This document shows, piece after piece, positions 34,098-44,158 of a stretch of DNA of 64,000 nucleotides (the first letter of the stretch is position 1; every line of letters starts with the position of its first letter). Both the position numbers and the translations under genes were made by a program. The stretch covers positions 1-64,000 of the IMG/VR virus record IMGVR_UViG_3300021960_000048; one strand, given 5' to 3'. This DNA comes from a virus. The notes beneath the pieces are model-generated. The model had not been told where the DNA came from, made no database searches, and saw only the letters and a list, made by a program, of their open reading frames with translations.

Positions 34098-37000
34098 TCA
34101 TGCCCCCAGACCTGCTTCTCTAACGAATACAGCAGTGTAAGGTGTCTGTCCCACATTGCCGCCTTGACGTTGATAGTTGAATGAAGTCATTCTTCCTACA
34201 AAGGTCTTGTTAGTTGCTTGGCCGGAGTAATTAACTGCTTCATATTCAAACTCAACTAAAGCACCACTTTGTAGTAACTCTTCCATAAACTCAATGTCAG
34301 TATTCTCAGTCTCTTTGAGGAATACTCCTTGCATTTCAAACTCATCAACTCTTTGCCCTCTATCTGTTACCTCTGGATAAACAGCATCTAATACGGGTGT
34401 TTGAGTAAAGGTAGCAACTCTCCTTCTACTGAAAGACGAAGGCTTTGTATTCAATGTTAGTGGAATGATTAATGTTGCAGGTAATACTTTCACAACTACC
34501 TTAGCAGTGGCAGACGATGTGCCGTTTGAATCTGTAACAACAAGTGTAGCAAGGAACTCACCTGCTTCCGCGTAAGTATGGTCATTGTAAGATGTTGCAC
34601 CAGACACGGCTGATGAGCCATCACCAAATGTAAATGCGTAGGTAGACAAAGTTGCTGTACTGTTTATCGTGTACGAAGAACTTGCGTCAAGTCGAATTGC
34701 TTGTCCCGCCCTTACCATTGTTGGTATCGCTCTAAGGATAGCAATAGGTTCAGCATTTACAATAGTGTAAGTTATTGTAGGGTCCGAAACAAGTGATTCG
34801 TTACCTACATCATCTTTGACATACGCTTTGACTTCTCTTGTTCCAGATGTTGTTGTATAAACATAGGATATATCTTGAGTTATACTTGTTGCAGGGGTAT
34901 TTACTTTCACCCATCCACTATCTGTACCATCACCGTACTCAACCTTAAACTCAGAGATGAGGCGGTTTGCGTCTGTTGTAACACCTGTAACTCTGAATGT
35001 TATCACATGCCCTACCTTGGTTGTGAATGATGTATCACTTGAGCCTACGCTTGTCGCAGTGCTGCCGTCGTATGAGTTTGAAACAACTGCTACATCGACT
35101 GTCGGCTTCTCATCATACTCAACATCCCATGAAGTAATACAAGGAATGGCAGACCAGTCTATAGGATGTAGTAAGGTTTCAGAAACGGAAGGTATATAAA
35201 AGTTAAACCTCACGACGAAACCACTAGCGACCACGCTGCTTGGCAAACCAGTCAAGTCTAGTGTTCCTATTCCACCAGTGTAGTCCAACTGTCTGTCTAT
35301 GAATCCATCTATTGTTGTAGAAGCCTCTTGGTCTATTGTAACAACAGTTGGTGGCTCTAGTAAAGTAACTCGAATATCCATCCCTTTTGTCTTGTTGATG
35401 TTCGTAGCATAGATATTCAGTTTAGTATATCTTGCCACTGTTGTCGAAGGTTGTTGTTTAATTGAATCAACAGTGAACGGTAGCATACCCCCTGTTGGTA
35501 ATTGACGTAATGTCATAGAGTCGATTTGTAAATCTTGATTCGATTTCTGCAAAGTTGGATTCGTCAACCGGGTTATTTCACCATTTGAGTCAAGGAACTC
35601 CGTAGGGTCAGTAGGTACGTGTAAAAGAGTTCTTGCGGGATATTCGGGTATGGCATAACTTGATTGTGTAAAACCATTCAATGATGTAATCGGCATTGAA
35701 TCGGGTGTGATTGGCTCTCCTTGTAATGTAACAAGAACATAATAACTTGCACCATTAATGAATACACCCGAACTCCCGTAGATATATGTAGCAGTACCCG
35801 TGTTGATAGTTATATTTGCAGGTGAAGCAGTATATGTAACGACTTGCCTTCCTATTGCTATTGGTGTCGCAGAAAGGTCGGTTGAGTCAAATGCTACAAA
35901 GTGTGCTTCGGTTGCGGTTAAGTCGGTTAGGCGGGCAATCATAGCGGCATTCAATGTAGAGTCAGTGTCGAAACTAGCAGATGCCACTAAATCTAGTATA
36001 GTCCCCGATGAAGAATATTCCATTTCATCAAGGTAAAGAGTGTACCTTCCACCTTGATGTTCTGTAAAAGCAACTCTATCATCTCGGTTGTAATCTCTTG
36101 TTCCAGTGTTCATTACCGCAGGGTCGCCCTCAGCCCAATGGTTCGCCCAGTGGTCGGTTGTAGAAGATGGATGAGCGATTGGAGTTCTCATTGGGAATGT
36201 TGCTATGTCGCAAGATTTGATTGACATAGCCCAAACCGGAGTTCTACATGATGGGTCAGTTCCAACAACTTCTCCATTCCAAAGGAAGGTCATTCCCTTT
36301 GAATTAAAGACTGTCCTTAATGTGTTAGTGCCTTCCGAGAATGTGAAATAATTTGAAGTTCCAAAACCATTTGATAATCTACCAAATCCACCAGTGCCGG
36401 GTAGATTGAATGTGTTATCTCCATCCACATCAACAAATCCAGTCCATGTTCCACTTGTTGTTAAGTGAGGAAGGCCACCTGTCATCCATACTCCACATCT
36501 GTTGTATATTGAAGCGGTTGGGAAGGCGTTATCAGCCTTGACACGTGCGTCCTTATTCAGTATGTCAAAGCCCCCTACACTTGCTGATTTATTACCAGTA
36601 GCATTAGGTGTATGATTCCAAAACAACCTCTTCATATTATGTAGGCCGGGTACAGTTTTCACTGTTCCACCCGTTACGTCTACGTCGTCCGAATCGAAGT
36701 ACCCACCACGCCAACCATTCGCATTCTCACCATTATGTTGGGCGGCTGTCAACCTAGTGTAGAATCTCTTAGCACTATCAGTTGGAACAGTCAATGCAGT
36801 TCCACTCACTGATTTTGTTGCACCTAATTGAGATATGCCACTAGTATTCCCATCCCAAACAGGCGATAACCCCATGCCATAATTCTGTGCAGGGGTGTCC
36901 ATGACCATAGAATGTCTGCCGAATACTGGATGTTCTTCATTACTATCAAACTCAACCATAATCATTCTGTTTGGTCTAGCAGGGAAGAACGCAGTAATCT

Positions 37001-39701
37001 CAGCGTCAAGAAAAATAGGAGATGCCGCCATCTCTGAAAGCCCATACTTAGTAGTTGCACTTCTAGCCGGAACAACATCTCCCGATACACTATCTGTCCA
37101 AGTTGCAGAATGGTCGGCACTACGTAACAACGTAGGACTCATAGATAATCTAGTTCCAAGTCGTTCATGACCCGGCCAAGGACGGTTTCTACCATACGTC
37201 CAAGTTCCACTTGTAGTAAGAGCAGTTCCCACTGGCTTAATGTAATCCCACGCTCGGCGACCAGTGTTAGTATCAGTATAAGACCAGAATGGTGTGCTTA
37301 CACCTCGGAACAACCACTTGTCATGTCCATACTCTCCATTCATTCTTGGAAAGCCACTATCGGCTCTCAATCTATCAGTATAGTCGCCACTTACAGTAAT
37401 GTATCTATCCGACAAATCATACCCCAATGGAGACGGAATACGTAAACCACCATCACCTTCATTGTATCTATTCGGAGCAGACAATATCTTACCTTCAACA
37501 TCTTTAGTAACTATACCAATCGAACGTAATACAACTTTTCCATCTCTATGTTTTCCATCAACCGAAGGTAAACTTCTCTCACCGATTGTTGGTCGACCGG
37601 GGTAAGTTGCATCTACGGAACTCCTTGCCGGAACATTGCTGTCCATTTGTGAAACACCAACTTGGAAACCAGTTCCGATTTTTGAATGTGAAGGACTTCC
37701 TTCGGCGTTGGCATTTCTTTTCTCAATTCCAAAGATGTTCCCTGCTGTTGCATCATCATCTGCATCGGGAGTGTGAAAGTATTTCTGTTCTGAACCACCA
37801 ACCATACCTCTTCTTAGGTAAGCATCACCTCTATTGAATAATATAATTTCATTCAAAGCCGTTCCTGTTTCAAACAATGCAGTCTTGAATGTAAAGGCAA
37901 CGAAAGAACGGGTTGTACCACCATAACCATTTGCTACTGTTTGACCGGACTTATCATACATACCTGCCGGAGCATCGGCGGCTTGCCATGCCGCGTCTGA
38001 ATTACCCGTCTCTATTGTAGCATCAGCGTTAGTTATCCACCATCCATTATAGGAACGCCCTACATCAGTAGAGTCGATTGAATCATCATAAGTTGTACCA
38101 TCTTGGTTGCCTCTCAACCCCCATCTATCCGGCCATAGTTTATTCTCTGCGCTTGGGAATGTTGCATCGTTAGTAGTTCCGAGATTGCCTGTTAAGCCTT
38201 CTAAATAGATAGGTGTCCCCGCAGGTAGAAGAGTCTGTTCAGTGGTGTCCATGTGGTCGCAAAAGACGGTGATTGTTGACCCCGATTTCTTTATTCCTAA
38301 TATCGCCATTCTATGAGGCGGTGGAGCAATAACAGTGTTCAATACACCATTTGTATTTGCATTAGTCGTATGCCTAGAAGTCATCTGTTCGTTAGTCCAG
38401 TTGTTGCTTTGAGCGGAAGGGGTAATTGGTCCTTGAGTGAAGTCAAAGAATGGAAATATTTGAGCCGAGCAGTCATCGGTTTCAAGATAACCACCCGAAA
38501 AATAACTACCATCATCTTCACTGCCATAACCTTGTAGACCATCCCATACTGAATACAGTGTGCTTGTTACTGTTCCACCAATGTGTCTTGTTTGGTCGTA
38601 ACTGTATGGAACAATAGCACCATCATTCAATGAGTAAACACCATCTTTTAGGAAGCAAGCCAAAGCCATCTTCATCCTATATTTTGGTGAAGGCACTGCT
38701 GATGAATCAAACGATTGGAAATAATTACTGTTCGGTAAGTTAGCATGAAGGTTCGCATGAAGGAGACCCGTTAAGTGGTCTCCAGATTTTCCGAATACTT
38801 TGTATTTGATAGTTGAAGAATCAAGCCCAGTTGGGTCAGAGTCATATCTAGTAATTCCATTAGAGAAATATGATGCAGATGTTCCCCCATTTCTTATACC
38901 ACTTGATACTTTTGTTGAAGCACCGGATATATCTTTGTGAAACTGATTAACGTCAAGCAACATTGGGTGGAAAACAGTTGCTCTGTAAGGAGAAGTTGCA
39001 GGTATGTCATCATGGCCGAATGTAGACTCACTGTTGGTATCTACCATCCACACAATACGAGGGTCAGCCCCATGTGCGGGGTTCGCAGTTGTCAACAATA
39101 CATCTGCCGCTTCTCCAGTTGGTCTACCTGTAACGCCATGTGGTAAGAATGAAGGCTTACTAGCATTAAGTTGACCGACATGACGATAGTCGTCAATAAA
39201 CTCAGCAAGTTCTTGAACCGTCATAAAAACTGGGTACGGACCATTATCTCGAACATGTTCTGAAAATCCTACATTGTTCTCACCCTGCATTGGACTTGTT
39301 CTCTTCTCAGCAGTATAGTCAGTGTCATAGAGACCGAATGAATCAGTAGGCGCAGATGTTGGAGCAATAAGAAAGACTGATGTCTTAGTAGCATCAGCAT
39401 GAGTAAGCGTACAGATTGGCTTGAAGCCACCAGAGCCAGAGATAGTTAGAGTTGGTTCAGTGGTTACATCTGTTCCATCATCATTGATTGCTTCGACTCG
39501 AATACCGGGTGTATTGGCAACGTCATCTACGAGGCCGCTTAGAGACGCGGTTGTAGGTCCGAACTTTGAGTGAAATATTTGAGGGTCAACGGTCAAACCA
39601 CCGTTGGCTTTTACGAAAGCGGGCCACATTGGTTGTAGTTCAGCAAGACCGTTCTTAATACGAGAGAAGGGCTTGTCAATATTTTGTGTTGAACGTGCCA
39701 T
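34098..39701 (-). CDS. Very large tail protein with PKD/Ig-like domains
   Basis: 1867 aa directly after the tape measure; VEYGDGT and FTFGDGS...HTYAEAGEFLATLVVTD PKD motifs. Confidence 0.75.
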   Translation of the reverse strand: MARSTQNIDKPFSRIKNGLAELQPMWPAFVKANGGLTVDPQIFHSKFGPTTASLSGLVDDVANTPGIRVEAINDDGTDVTTEPTLTISGSGGFKPICTLTHADATKTSVFLIAPTSAPTDSFGLYDTDYTAEKRTSPMQGENNVGFSEHVRDNGPYPVFMTVQELAEFIDDYRHVGQLNASKPSFLPHGVTGRPTGEAADVLLTTANPAHGADPRIVWMVDTNSESTFGHDDIPATSPYRATVFHPMLLDVNQFHKDISGASTKVSSGIRNGGTSASYFSNGITRYDSDPTGLDSSTIKYKVFGKSGDHLTGLLHANLHANLPNSNYFQSFDSSAVPSPKYRMKMALACFLKDGVYSLNDGAIVPYSYDQTRHIGGTVTSTLYSVWDGLQGYGSEDDGSYFSGGYLETDDCSAQIFPFFDFTQGPITPSAQSNNWTNEQMTSRHTTNANTNGVLNTVIAPPPHRMAILGIKKSGSTITVFCDHMDTTEQTLLPAGTPIYLEGLTGNLGTTNDATFPSAENKLWPDRWGLRGNQDGTTYDDSIDSTDVGRSYNGWWITNADATIETGNSDAAWQAADAPAGMYDKSGQTVANGYGGTTRSFVAFTFKTALFETGTALNEIILFNRGDAYLRRGMVGGSEQKYFHTPDADDDATAGNIFGIEKRNANAEGSPSHSKIGTGFQVGVSQMDSNVPARSSVDATYPGRPTIGERSLPSVDGKHRDGKVVLRSIGIVTKDVEGKILSAPNRYNEGDGGLRIPSPLGYDLSDRYITVSGDYTDRLRADSGFPRMNGEYGHDKWLFRGVSTPFWSYTDTNTGRRAWDYIKPVGTALTTSGTWTYGRNRPWPGHERLGTRLSMSPTLLRSADHSATWTDSVSGDVVPARSATTKYGLSEMAASPIFLDAEITAFFPARPNRMIMVEFDSNEEHPVFGRHSMVMDTPAQNYGMGLSPVWDGNTSGISQLGATKSVSGTALTVPTDSAKRFYTRLTAAQHNGENANGWRGGYFDSDDVDVTGGTVKTVPGLHNMKRLFWNHTPNATGNKSASVGGFDILNKDARVKADNAFPTASIYNRCGVWMTGGLPHLTTSGTWTGFVDVDGDNTFNLPGTGGFGRLSNGFGTSNYFTFSEGTNTLRTVFNSKGMTFLWNGEVVGTDPSCRTPVWAMSIKSCDIATFPMRTPIAHPSSTTDHWANHWAEGDPAVMNTGTRDYNRDDRVAFTEHQGGRYTLYLDEMEYSSSGTILDLVASASFDTDSTLNAAMIARLTDLTATEAHFVAFDSTDLSATPIAIGRQVVTYTASPANITINTGTATYIYGSSGVFINGASYYVLVTLQGEPITPDSMPITSLNGFTQSSYAIPEYPARTLLHVPTDPTEFLDSNGEITRLTNPTLQKSNQDLQIDSMTLRQLPTGGMLPFTVDSIKQQPSTTVARYTKLNIYATNINKTKGMDIRVTLLEPPTVVTIDQEASTTIDGFIDRQLDYTGGIGTLDLTGLPSSVVASGFVVRFNFYIPSVSETLLHPIDWSAIPCITSWDVEYDEKPTVDVAVVSNSYDGSTATSVGSSDTSFTTKVGHVITFRVTGVTTDANRLISEFKVEYGDGTDSGWVKVNTPATSITQDISYVYTTTSGTREVKAYVKDDVGNESLVSDPTITYTIVNAEPIAILRAIPTMVRAGQAIRLDASSSYTINSTATLSTYAFTFGDGSSAVSGATSYNDHTYAEAGEFLATLVVTDSNGTSSATAKVVVKVLPATLIIPLTLNTKPSSFSRRRVATFTQTPVLDAVYPEVTDRGQRVDEFEMQGVFLKETENTDIEFMEELLQSGALVEFEYEAVNYSGQATNKTFVGRMTSFNYQRQGGNVGQTPYTAVFVREAGLGA

Positions 39702-42343
39702 CAGATAACCCCCTGCGCCCCTCTTCTCATTGAACGGTTGATGATTTTTGGCAGTTCACGTTCAATCATAGCCTGTATCTCATGTTTGTTCAACCCATCA
39801 CCGTTAATCACAATATCGCCAAATGATATGTTAGCACCCATACCACCGCTTGCACTAGCGATACCTGCCCCTATTTGTTTGAGTTTGTCATTTGTCAAAG
39901 GTATAACTGCTTCTCGGTCTCCACCTTCACCTATCATACCTACTGTTGGTTTACTAACAATACCACCTTTAGCGAACAAAGGCATTGGGGTAGGTTCTAT
40001 TCCTCTAGCCAATAACGCCGCATTGATTTCTTCTTGGGTCATTCCGGCTGTTCCGCCCGTACCTCTGTTACCCAAAGCATTTCCTAATGTACTTCTGTTT
40101 GACATATTAACAGATTTGGCTATTTCATCTGCACTACGTGGGTCGAGTAATGAGTCTTTTACTCTGCCGAAGAACTTTGTGAAACGATTATTCTTCAAGA
40201 CGTTGCCAAGTTGTTGGACTGCGCTTTTCAAAGCATTAACTTTGTTCGTTATGAAGTTGATTGGACGCTTTAAGAAATTAAGACTCTTCAAGAAACTACC
40301 TGCACCACCAGCCGCGCCTCGGAACATACGTCCTAAACCGGGCAACCTTTTGCCAATCTTCTCAAATATTTTTGCGAGACCCTTCCCGAACCCTACGAAG
40401 TCGGCTAAAGTGTGGAAGAACTTAGACGCTGTTTCATTAGTCCCTTCAAAGAAAACACCGAGAGTCCTCAAGGCATATCCAACCCCACTGAATAGAACTA
40501 TTGCTTCCATTACAAAAGAGAAAAGTGTAGTAAATATGTTCAGTAATCCCCTCAATGAACCGTCGAATGTAAGCACCGCATCAACCACGTCCATGAACAT
40601 ATCAAACAGTCTTACTAATGGAGTTGCCAAAGCCGTTAATATTCGACCAAGTAATGCTAGTGCGGGTAGTATTCTTACTACTGCCTTCAAGACTTCTATG
40701 AACAAAGGTACAGTAGCGACCATTGTGTCGATTGCAGACGGTAGATTTGTTTTCAGAGTATTTGCTAATTCTATTATCTGCGGTGTCAATTTTTCAACGA
40801 CTCCACCCGGTTCGTTCAGAGTCTTACCAAAGTCGCTAAGGACACCCGTAGTTTTCTGTCCTTGATAATCTACATCGAATAAGGCTCTAACGAAATGAAC
40901 ACCGAGAGTAATCGACGCTTCTTCAACCTGTGATTTGAAAACACGCAATGCTTCAAAAGATGATTGTTGTAGTGTGGTTGAGAATTGTTCTGTTGTACCT
41001 GCCGCATTTTTGTTTGCTGCTACAAGTTCATCGAACGCATCTACTTGAGACATCAATGAAAGGACCGCCGTACCACCACGAACACCGAATATCTCCAGTG
41101 CTTGAGCCGCAGTAATGTTACCATCACGCATTTGATGAAGTAAGTCCGTTAATGAAGTCAGACCCATAGTCTGCATCTCAACTGTCTTGATTAAGTCATC
41201 AGACCTTTTCTTCAATGACGATTGTCTTTCTTCGGCTGTTTTCATAGCAGCAGATGTCTCCATCAACTGTATTGTTCTCTTTTGAGATGTTATACTAAGT
41301 TCTTCATTAGCCATTTCCAATCTTCTGATTTGTTCTAACTCAGATTCAGTCAACTCTCTTTGTTGTGAAGCCGCTCTAAATCTAATCTCTGAGATTGCTA
41401 ATTGATTCTTTCTTTCAGACATAGCCAAATCATCTAACTCACCTTGTAAGTTATTGACTTCCATAGTTAGTCTTGATGTGATACGTGCTGTAACGTCCAT
41501 CTGCGTCATAGTGGCTTTCAGTGTTGCATTTGCAGACTTACCTGCATCAGATAATACGAATACATCTAACCCCAAATCATTGATAACTTTTCTAGCATCG
41601 AAAGTTGGTTTCAATAGTTTATTTATGGACATACGTAAACCTGTACCTGCCACTGTACCACGTAGACCTGCATTACCTAACGCACCGATAGCCGCCGCTG
41701 TTTCTTCAATTCCAATACCTGCTGCTGCTGCAACTGGAGCAACGAACTTCATTGCTTCTCCAAGACCGACCACATCTACGTTTGCACTTGTGAATGTCTT
41801 AACTAGAACGTCAGTTGCTTCGTTCAGTTGACCCATCTCCATACGGAACGCCTTAACTGATGCTACACCGATTGTTGTAGCAGTTTGAATATCAGTTCCA
41901 CCTGCGATAGCGAACTTCACTAACTTGTCAATAACTTCATCATCAACCATCTCATTAAATGAAACACCTGCGATAGCCAAAACCTCGGCTGCCTGTGCTG
42001 CTTGAGACGCAGTAAATCTTGTTGACTTACCTATGTCTCTGATTGTATTCTCAAGTGTCATGGCTTCTTCGCCTGTCGATTGCATAACCGCTTGTGTACG
42101 GACTAGCGTATCGTTAAACTCAATGAATAGTTCACTGGATTGTTTGAGAAACCCTGCTGTCAGAGATGCACCGACGGCACTGGCTGAAAGAGTGATTGCT
42201 TTGAAATTAGCATTCATCACCGTACCCAAACGAGATACTTTTCCACCTGCTGCTAGTAGAGACCTACCTACAGCAGACATGTTCTTACGAAACGACGTAG
42301 TATCAGCCGTAACCCTTGTCATAATGGTAGTTACTTCTGTCAT
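39701..42343 (-). CDS. Tail tape measure protein (TP901-like core)
   Basis: STRFTASQAAQA, LGEAMKFVAPVA, LGNAGLRGTVAGTGLR, C-terminal FAKGGIV...IGEGG.REAVIPL. Confidence 0.93.
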   Translation of the reverse strand: MTEVTTIMTRVTADTTSFRKNMSAVGRSLLAAGGKVSRLGTVMNANFKAITLSASAVGASLTAGFLKQSSELFIEFNDTLVRTQAVMQSTGEEAMTLENTIRDIGKSTRFTASQAAQAAEVLAIAGVSFNEMVDDEVIDKLVKFAIAGGTDIQTATTIGVASVKAFRMEMGQLNEATDVLVKTFTSANVDVVGLGEAMKFVAPVAAAAGIGIEETAAAIGALGNAGLRGTVAGTGLRMSINKLLKPTFDARKVINDLGLDVFVLSDAGKSANATLKATMTQMDVTARITSRLTMEVNNLQGELDDLAMSERKNQLAISEIRFRAASQQRELTESELEQIRRLEMANEELSITSQKRTIQLMETSAAMKTAEERQSSLKKRSDDLIKTVEMQTMGLTSLTDLLHQMRDGNITAAQALEIFGVRGGTAVLSLMSQVDAFDELVAANKNAAGTTEQFSTTLQQSSFEALRVFKSQVEEASITLGVHFVRALFDVDYQGQKTTGVLSDFGKTLNEPGGVVEKLTPQIIELANTLKTNLPSAIDTMVATVPLFIEVLKAVVRILPALALLGRILTALATPLVRLFDMFMDVVDAVLTFDGSLRGLLNIFTTLFSFVMEAIVLFSGVGYALRTLGVFFEGTNETASKFFHTLADFVGFGKGLAKIFEKIGKRLPGLGRMFRGAAGGAGSFLKSLNFLKRPINFITNKVNALKSAVQQLGNVLKNNRFTKFFGRVKDSLLDPRSADEIAKSVNMSNRSTLGNALGNRGTGGTAGMTQEEINAALLARGIEPTPMPLFAKGGIVSKPTVGMIGEGGDREAVIPLTNDKLKQIGAGIASASGGMGANISFGDIVINGDGLNKHEIQAMIERELPKIINRSMRRGAQGVI

Positions 42344-42866
42344 TATCTACCGACCATCCTTTTCGCTCTTGACGCTTGGCTCGCCCTACGATGTGAGTCA
42401 GCCGCGTTGCGGTTCTTTACGGAGAAGGCGCTTATAAGGAAATGAGTTTCTCTAGGGTCTAATGATTTCCACTCTGTTAAACTCATGCCGAGATAGGCTA
42501 ATAACTCGAAGAGGAATTGACCTTCGTCAGACTCGGCATACTCTTCGATTAATCTAAAGGGACGTTAACTGCTTCCATTATTGCTGTTGTTAGTTGCCCT
42601 ATTACTGTCAATGGAAGTCTTTGAAAACTATCCCATGTAAGTGTTTTATCACACTTCATCATCATCTCAAAGACCATAAGCATTCCAAGTTTTTCTGCTC
42701 TATCTTCTTCGTTTAATCCCCTCAATTCTGGGTTCGCTTTCAAGCCGTTGTATTCCTTTACAGATAGGGGTAAAACTTTGATTTCATCTACTCCTATATT
42801 CAAATGGTTTACAACCACAATTACTGGTTCTGAAGCCTGTTCAATTATATTATCTATCCATGTCAT
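42343..42866 (-). CDS. Tail assembly chaperone, frameshifted long (G-T) form
   Basis: -1 slip at C CCT TTA (42561-42555) opens a ~70-codon frame RLIEEYAES...RMVGR whose stop overlaps the tape measure start (TAATG). Confidence 0.85.
42485..42561 (-). other. Programmed -1 frameshift signal: slippery heptamer plus pseudoknot
   Basis: CCCUUUA, 6-nt spacer, S1 UCGAAGAG/CUCUUCGA and S2 AUGCCGAG/CUCGGCAU in crossed order. Confidence 0.8.
42549..42866 (-). CDS. Tail assembly chaperone (short G form)
   Basis: 105 aa between tail tube and tape measure genes. Confidence 0.85.
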   Translation of the reverse strand: MTWIDNIIEQASEPVIVVVNHLNIGVDEIKVLPLSVKEYNGLKANPELRGLNEEDRAEKLGMLMVFEMMMKCDKTLTWDSFQRLPLTVIGQLTTAIMEAVNVPLD

Positions 42867-42880
42867 GTTTAATCACCGTC

Positions 42881-43318
42881 TCAACTGTCAGCCGCAGTGT
42901 ACGCCCAACTTAACGCTTCAAATGAAGCATTGAGTAATAATGGTCCTTCTCCACCTGCTTCAAGACCTTCTGTTGCTAGGTCAGTAAATACGCAGTTGCT
43001 TAGTGTGAAAACTTTAGTTCCAGATGTTGTTCCTACTGCCTGTGTTCCGGCTGCTGCAAATCTAATCTCGAACTCTTCGTCATTGGTTAACATAGCATGC
43101 AACTCACTTGATTTAAGTCCCCATGCTGCGGTTATTGAGCCGCTTGCTGATTTCAGTCCTCTTGTGTTCGCAGTTGCATAAGATGACCCTAGTTCAACAT
43201 ATTTTCCAGTAGCGGCTGCCAATGTGAAGTCTCCCTGCACATACCCCACCAATGCTCCAGTTGTAGTACCGGAAGTTCTGATTGAACCAGTTACACCTGT
43301 AAATGAATGTAATGCCAT
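42881..43318 (-). CDS. Major tail (tube) protein
   Basis: 145 aa beta-rich protein upstream of the chaperone and tape measure genes; TTAATACCC box upstream. Confidence 0.75.
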   Translation of the reverse strand: MALHSFTGVTGSIRTSGTTTGALVGYVQGDFTLAAATGKYVELGSSYATANTRGLKSASGSITAAWGLKSSELHAMLTNDEEFEIRFAAAGTQAVGTTSGTKVFTLSNCVFTDLATEGLEAGGEGPLLLNASFEALSWAYTAADS

Positions 43319-43406
43319 TGAGTCAAATGCTGTCGAACATGGGTATTAAGTAAAGCGGTTACGTAGGTACTTTGCGTACTTTATATACTGTCAGGATTTA
43401 ATGAAC

Positions 43407-43823
43407 TTACTCTTCCATTAAGTCTTGGTAAAACGCTTCGGAGACGAAAGCAATACCGACGTAAAACTCGCCGTTGTCAGTATTTTCACCGGACTCGAAC
43501 ATTACTGCTCTAAGATTTCTGCTTCTAGCGATTTCAGATGGAGATACTAAGTCTCCCTCGATGGTCGCCATAATGTCGTAGCGTAGTACGTATGGGGATA
43601 GAAGGTGGAATGATGAAAGGCCAGATGGATTTTCACCGTCGCAGTAAGCGTTTTCTGATTCGGTTCTGCGTGAGATGATTCTCTCTAAACAAGGAGATGG
43701 CCCGTTAAAGTATTGAGCCATAGTGTGATTCAATTCGATGTAACCTATTGAACCCTCTTGGATAATGTCATTCCAGTTGTCGGTGTTACGCATGTCGTTT
43801 TCGGCTGTTATTGGGTTGCTCAT
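43407..43823 (-). CDS. Cassette orphan protein (MSNP...)
   Basis: 138 aa, acidic, behind a class-1 promoter. Confidence 0.75.
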   Translation of the reverse strand: MSNPITAENDMRNTDNWNDIIQEGSIGYIELNHTMAQYFNGPSPCLERIISRRTESENAYCDGENPSGLSSFHLLSPYVLRYDIMATIEGDLVSPSEIARSRNLRAVMFESGENTDNGEFYVGIAFVSEAFYQDLMEE

Positions 43824-43866
43824 GTGTTAGGGGAGAGGGTGGGGGTATATAACACTTTAGTTATAT
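43824..43866 (-). promoter_or_regulatory. Class-1 cassette promoter (perfect palindrome)
   Basis: ATATAAC-TAAAGT-GTTATATACCCCCACCCTCTCCCCTAACAC-ATG. Confidence 0.85.
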
Positions 43867-43869
43867 GCT

Positions 43870-44154
43870 TTAGTAAAATCTCTTATTATCCCAACGCCGA
43901 GATACTTGATTAGCCAAAACCTTACGTGGTTTTATTTTACCATCATAAGGGTCGATGCAATACCAACCTGCGGGTCTATCTTCATCCCGCTCTTTGATAC
44001 ATAGAGGACACAAGTGTTTGGAATACTTGTTGTGTTTCTCTGCTTCGGGAACTATCTTTTTTAGTCTATCCATAACGTCTTGCCTTGCATCTTGAAAGCG
44101 TATCTGAATATCACAACCAATGCCATGAGTCTTGCATGTATGTTTACACTTCAT
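43870..44154 (-). CDS. Cys/His-rich basic protein
   Basis: CKHTCKTH..C and H..CPLC. Confidence 0.65.
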   Translation of the reverse strand: MKCKHTCKTHGIGCDIQIRFQDARQDVMDRLKKIVPEAEKHNKYSKHLCPLCIKERDEDRPAGWYCIDPYDGKIKPRKVLANQVSRRWDNKRFY

Positions 44155-44158
44155 ATTC

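Noticed and set aside
39738-42437. Plus-strand ORFs of 375, 125 and 134 aa
   Set aside because: Antisense to the tape measure gene, with no motifs or promoter.
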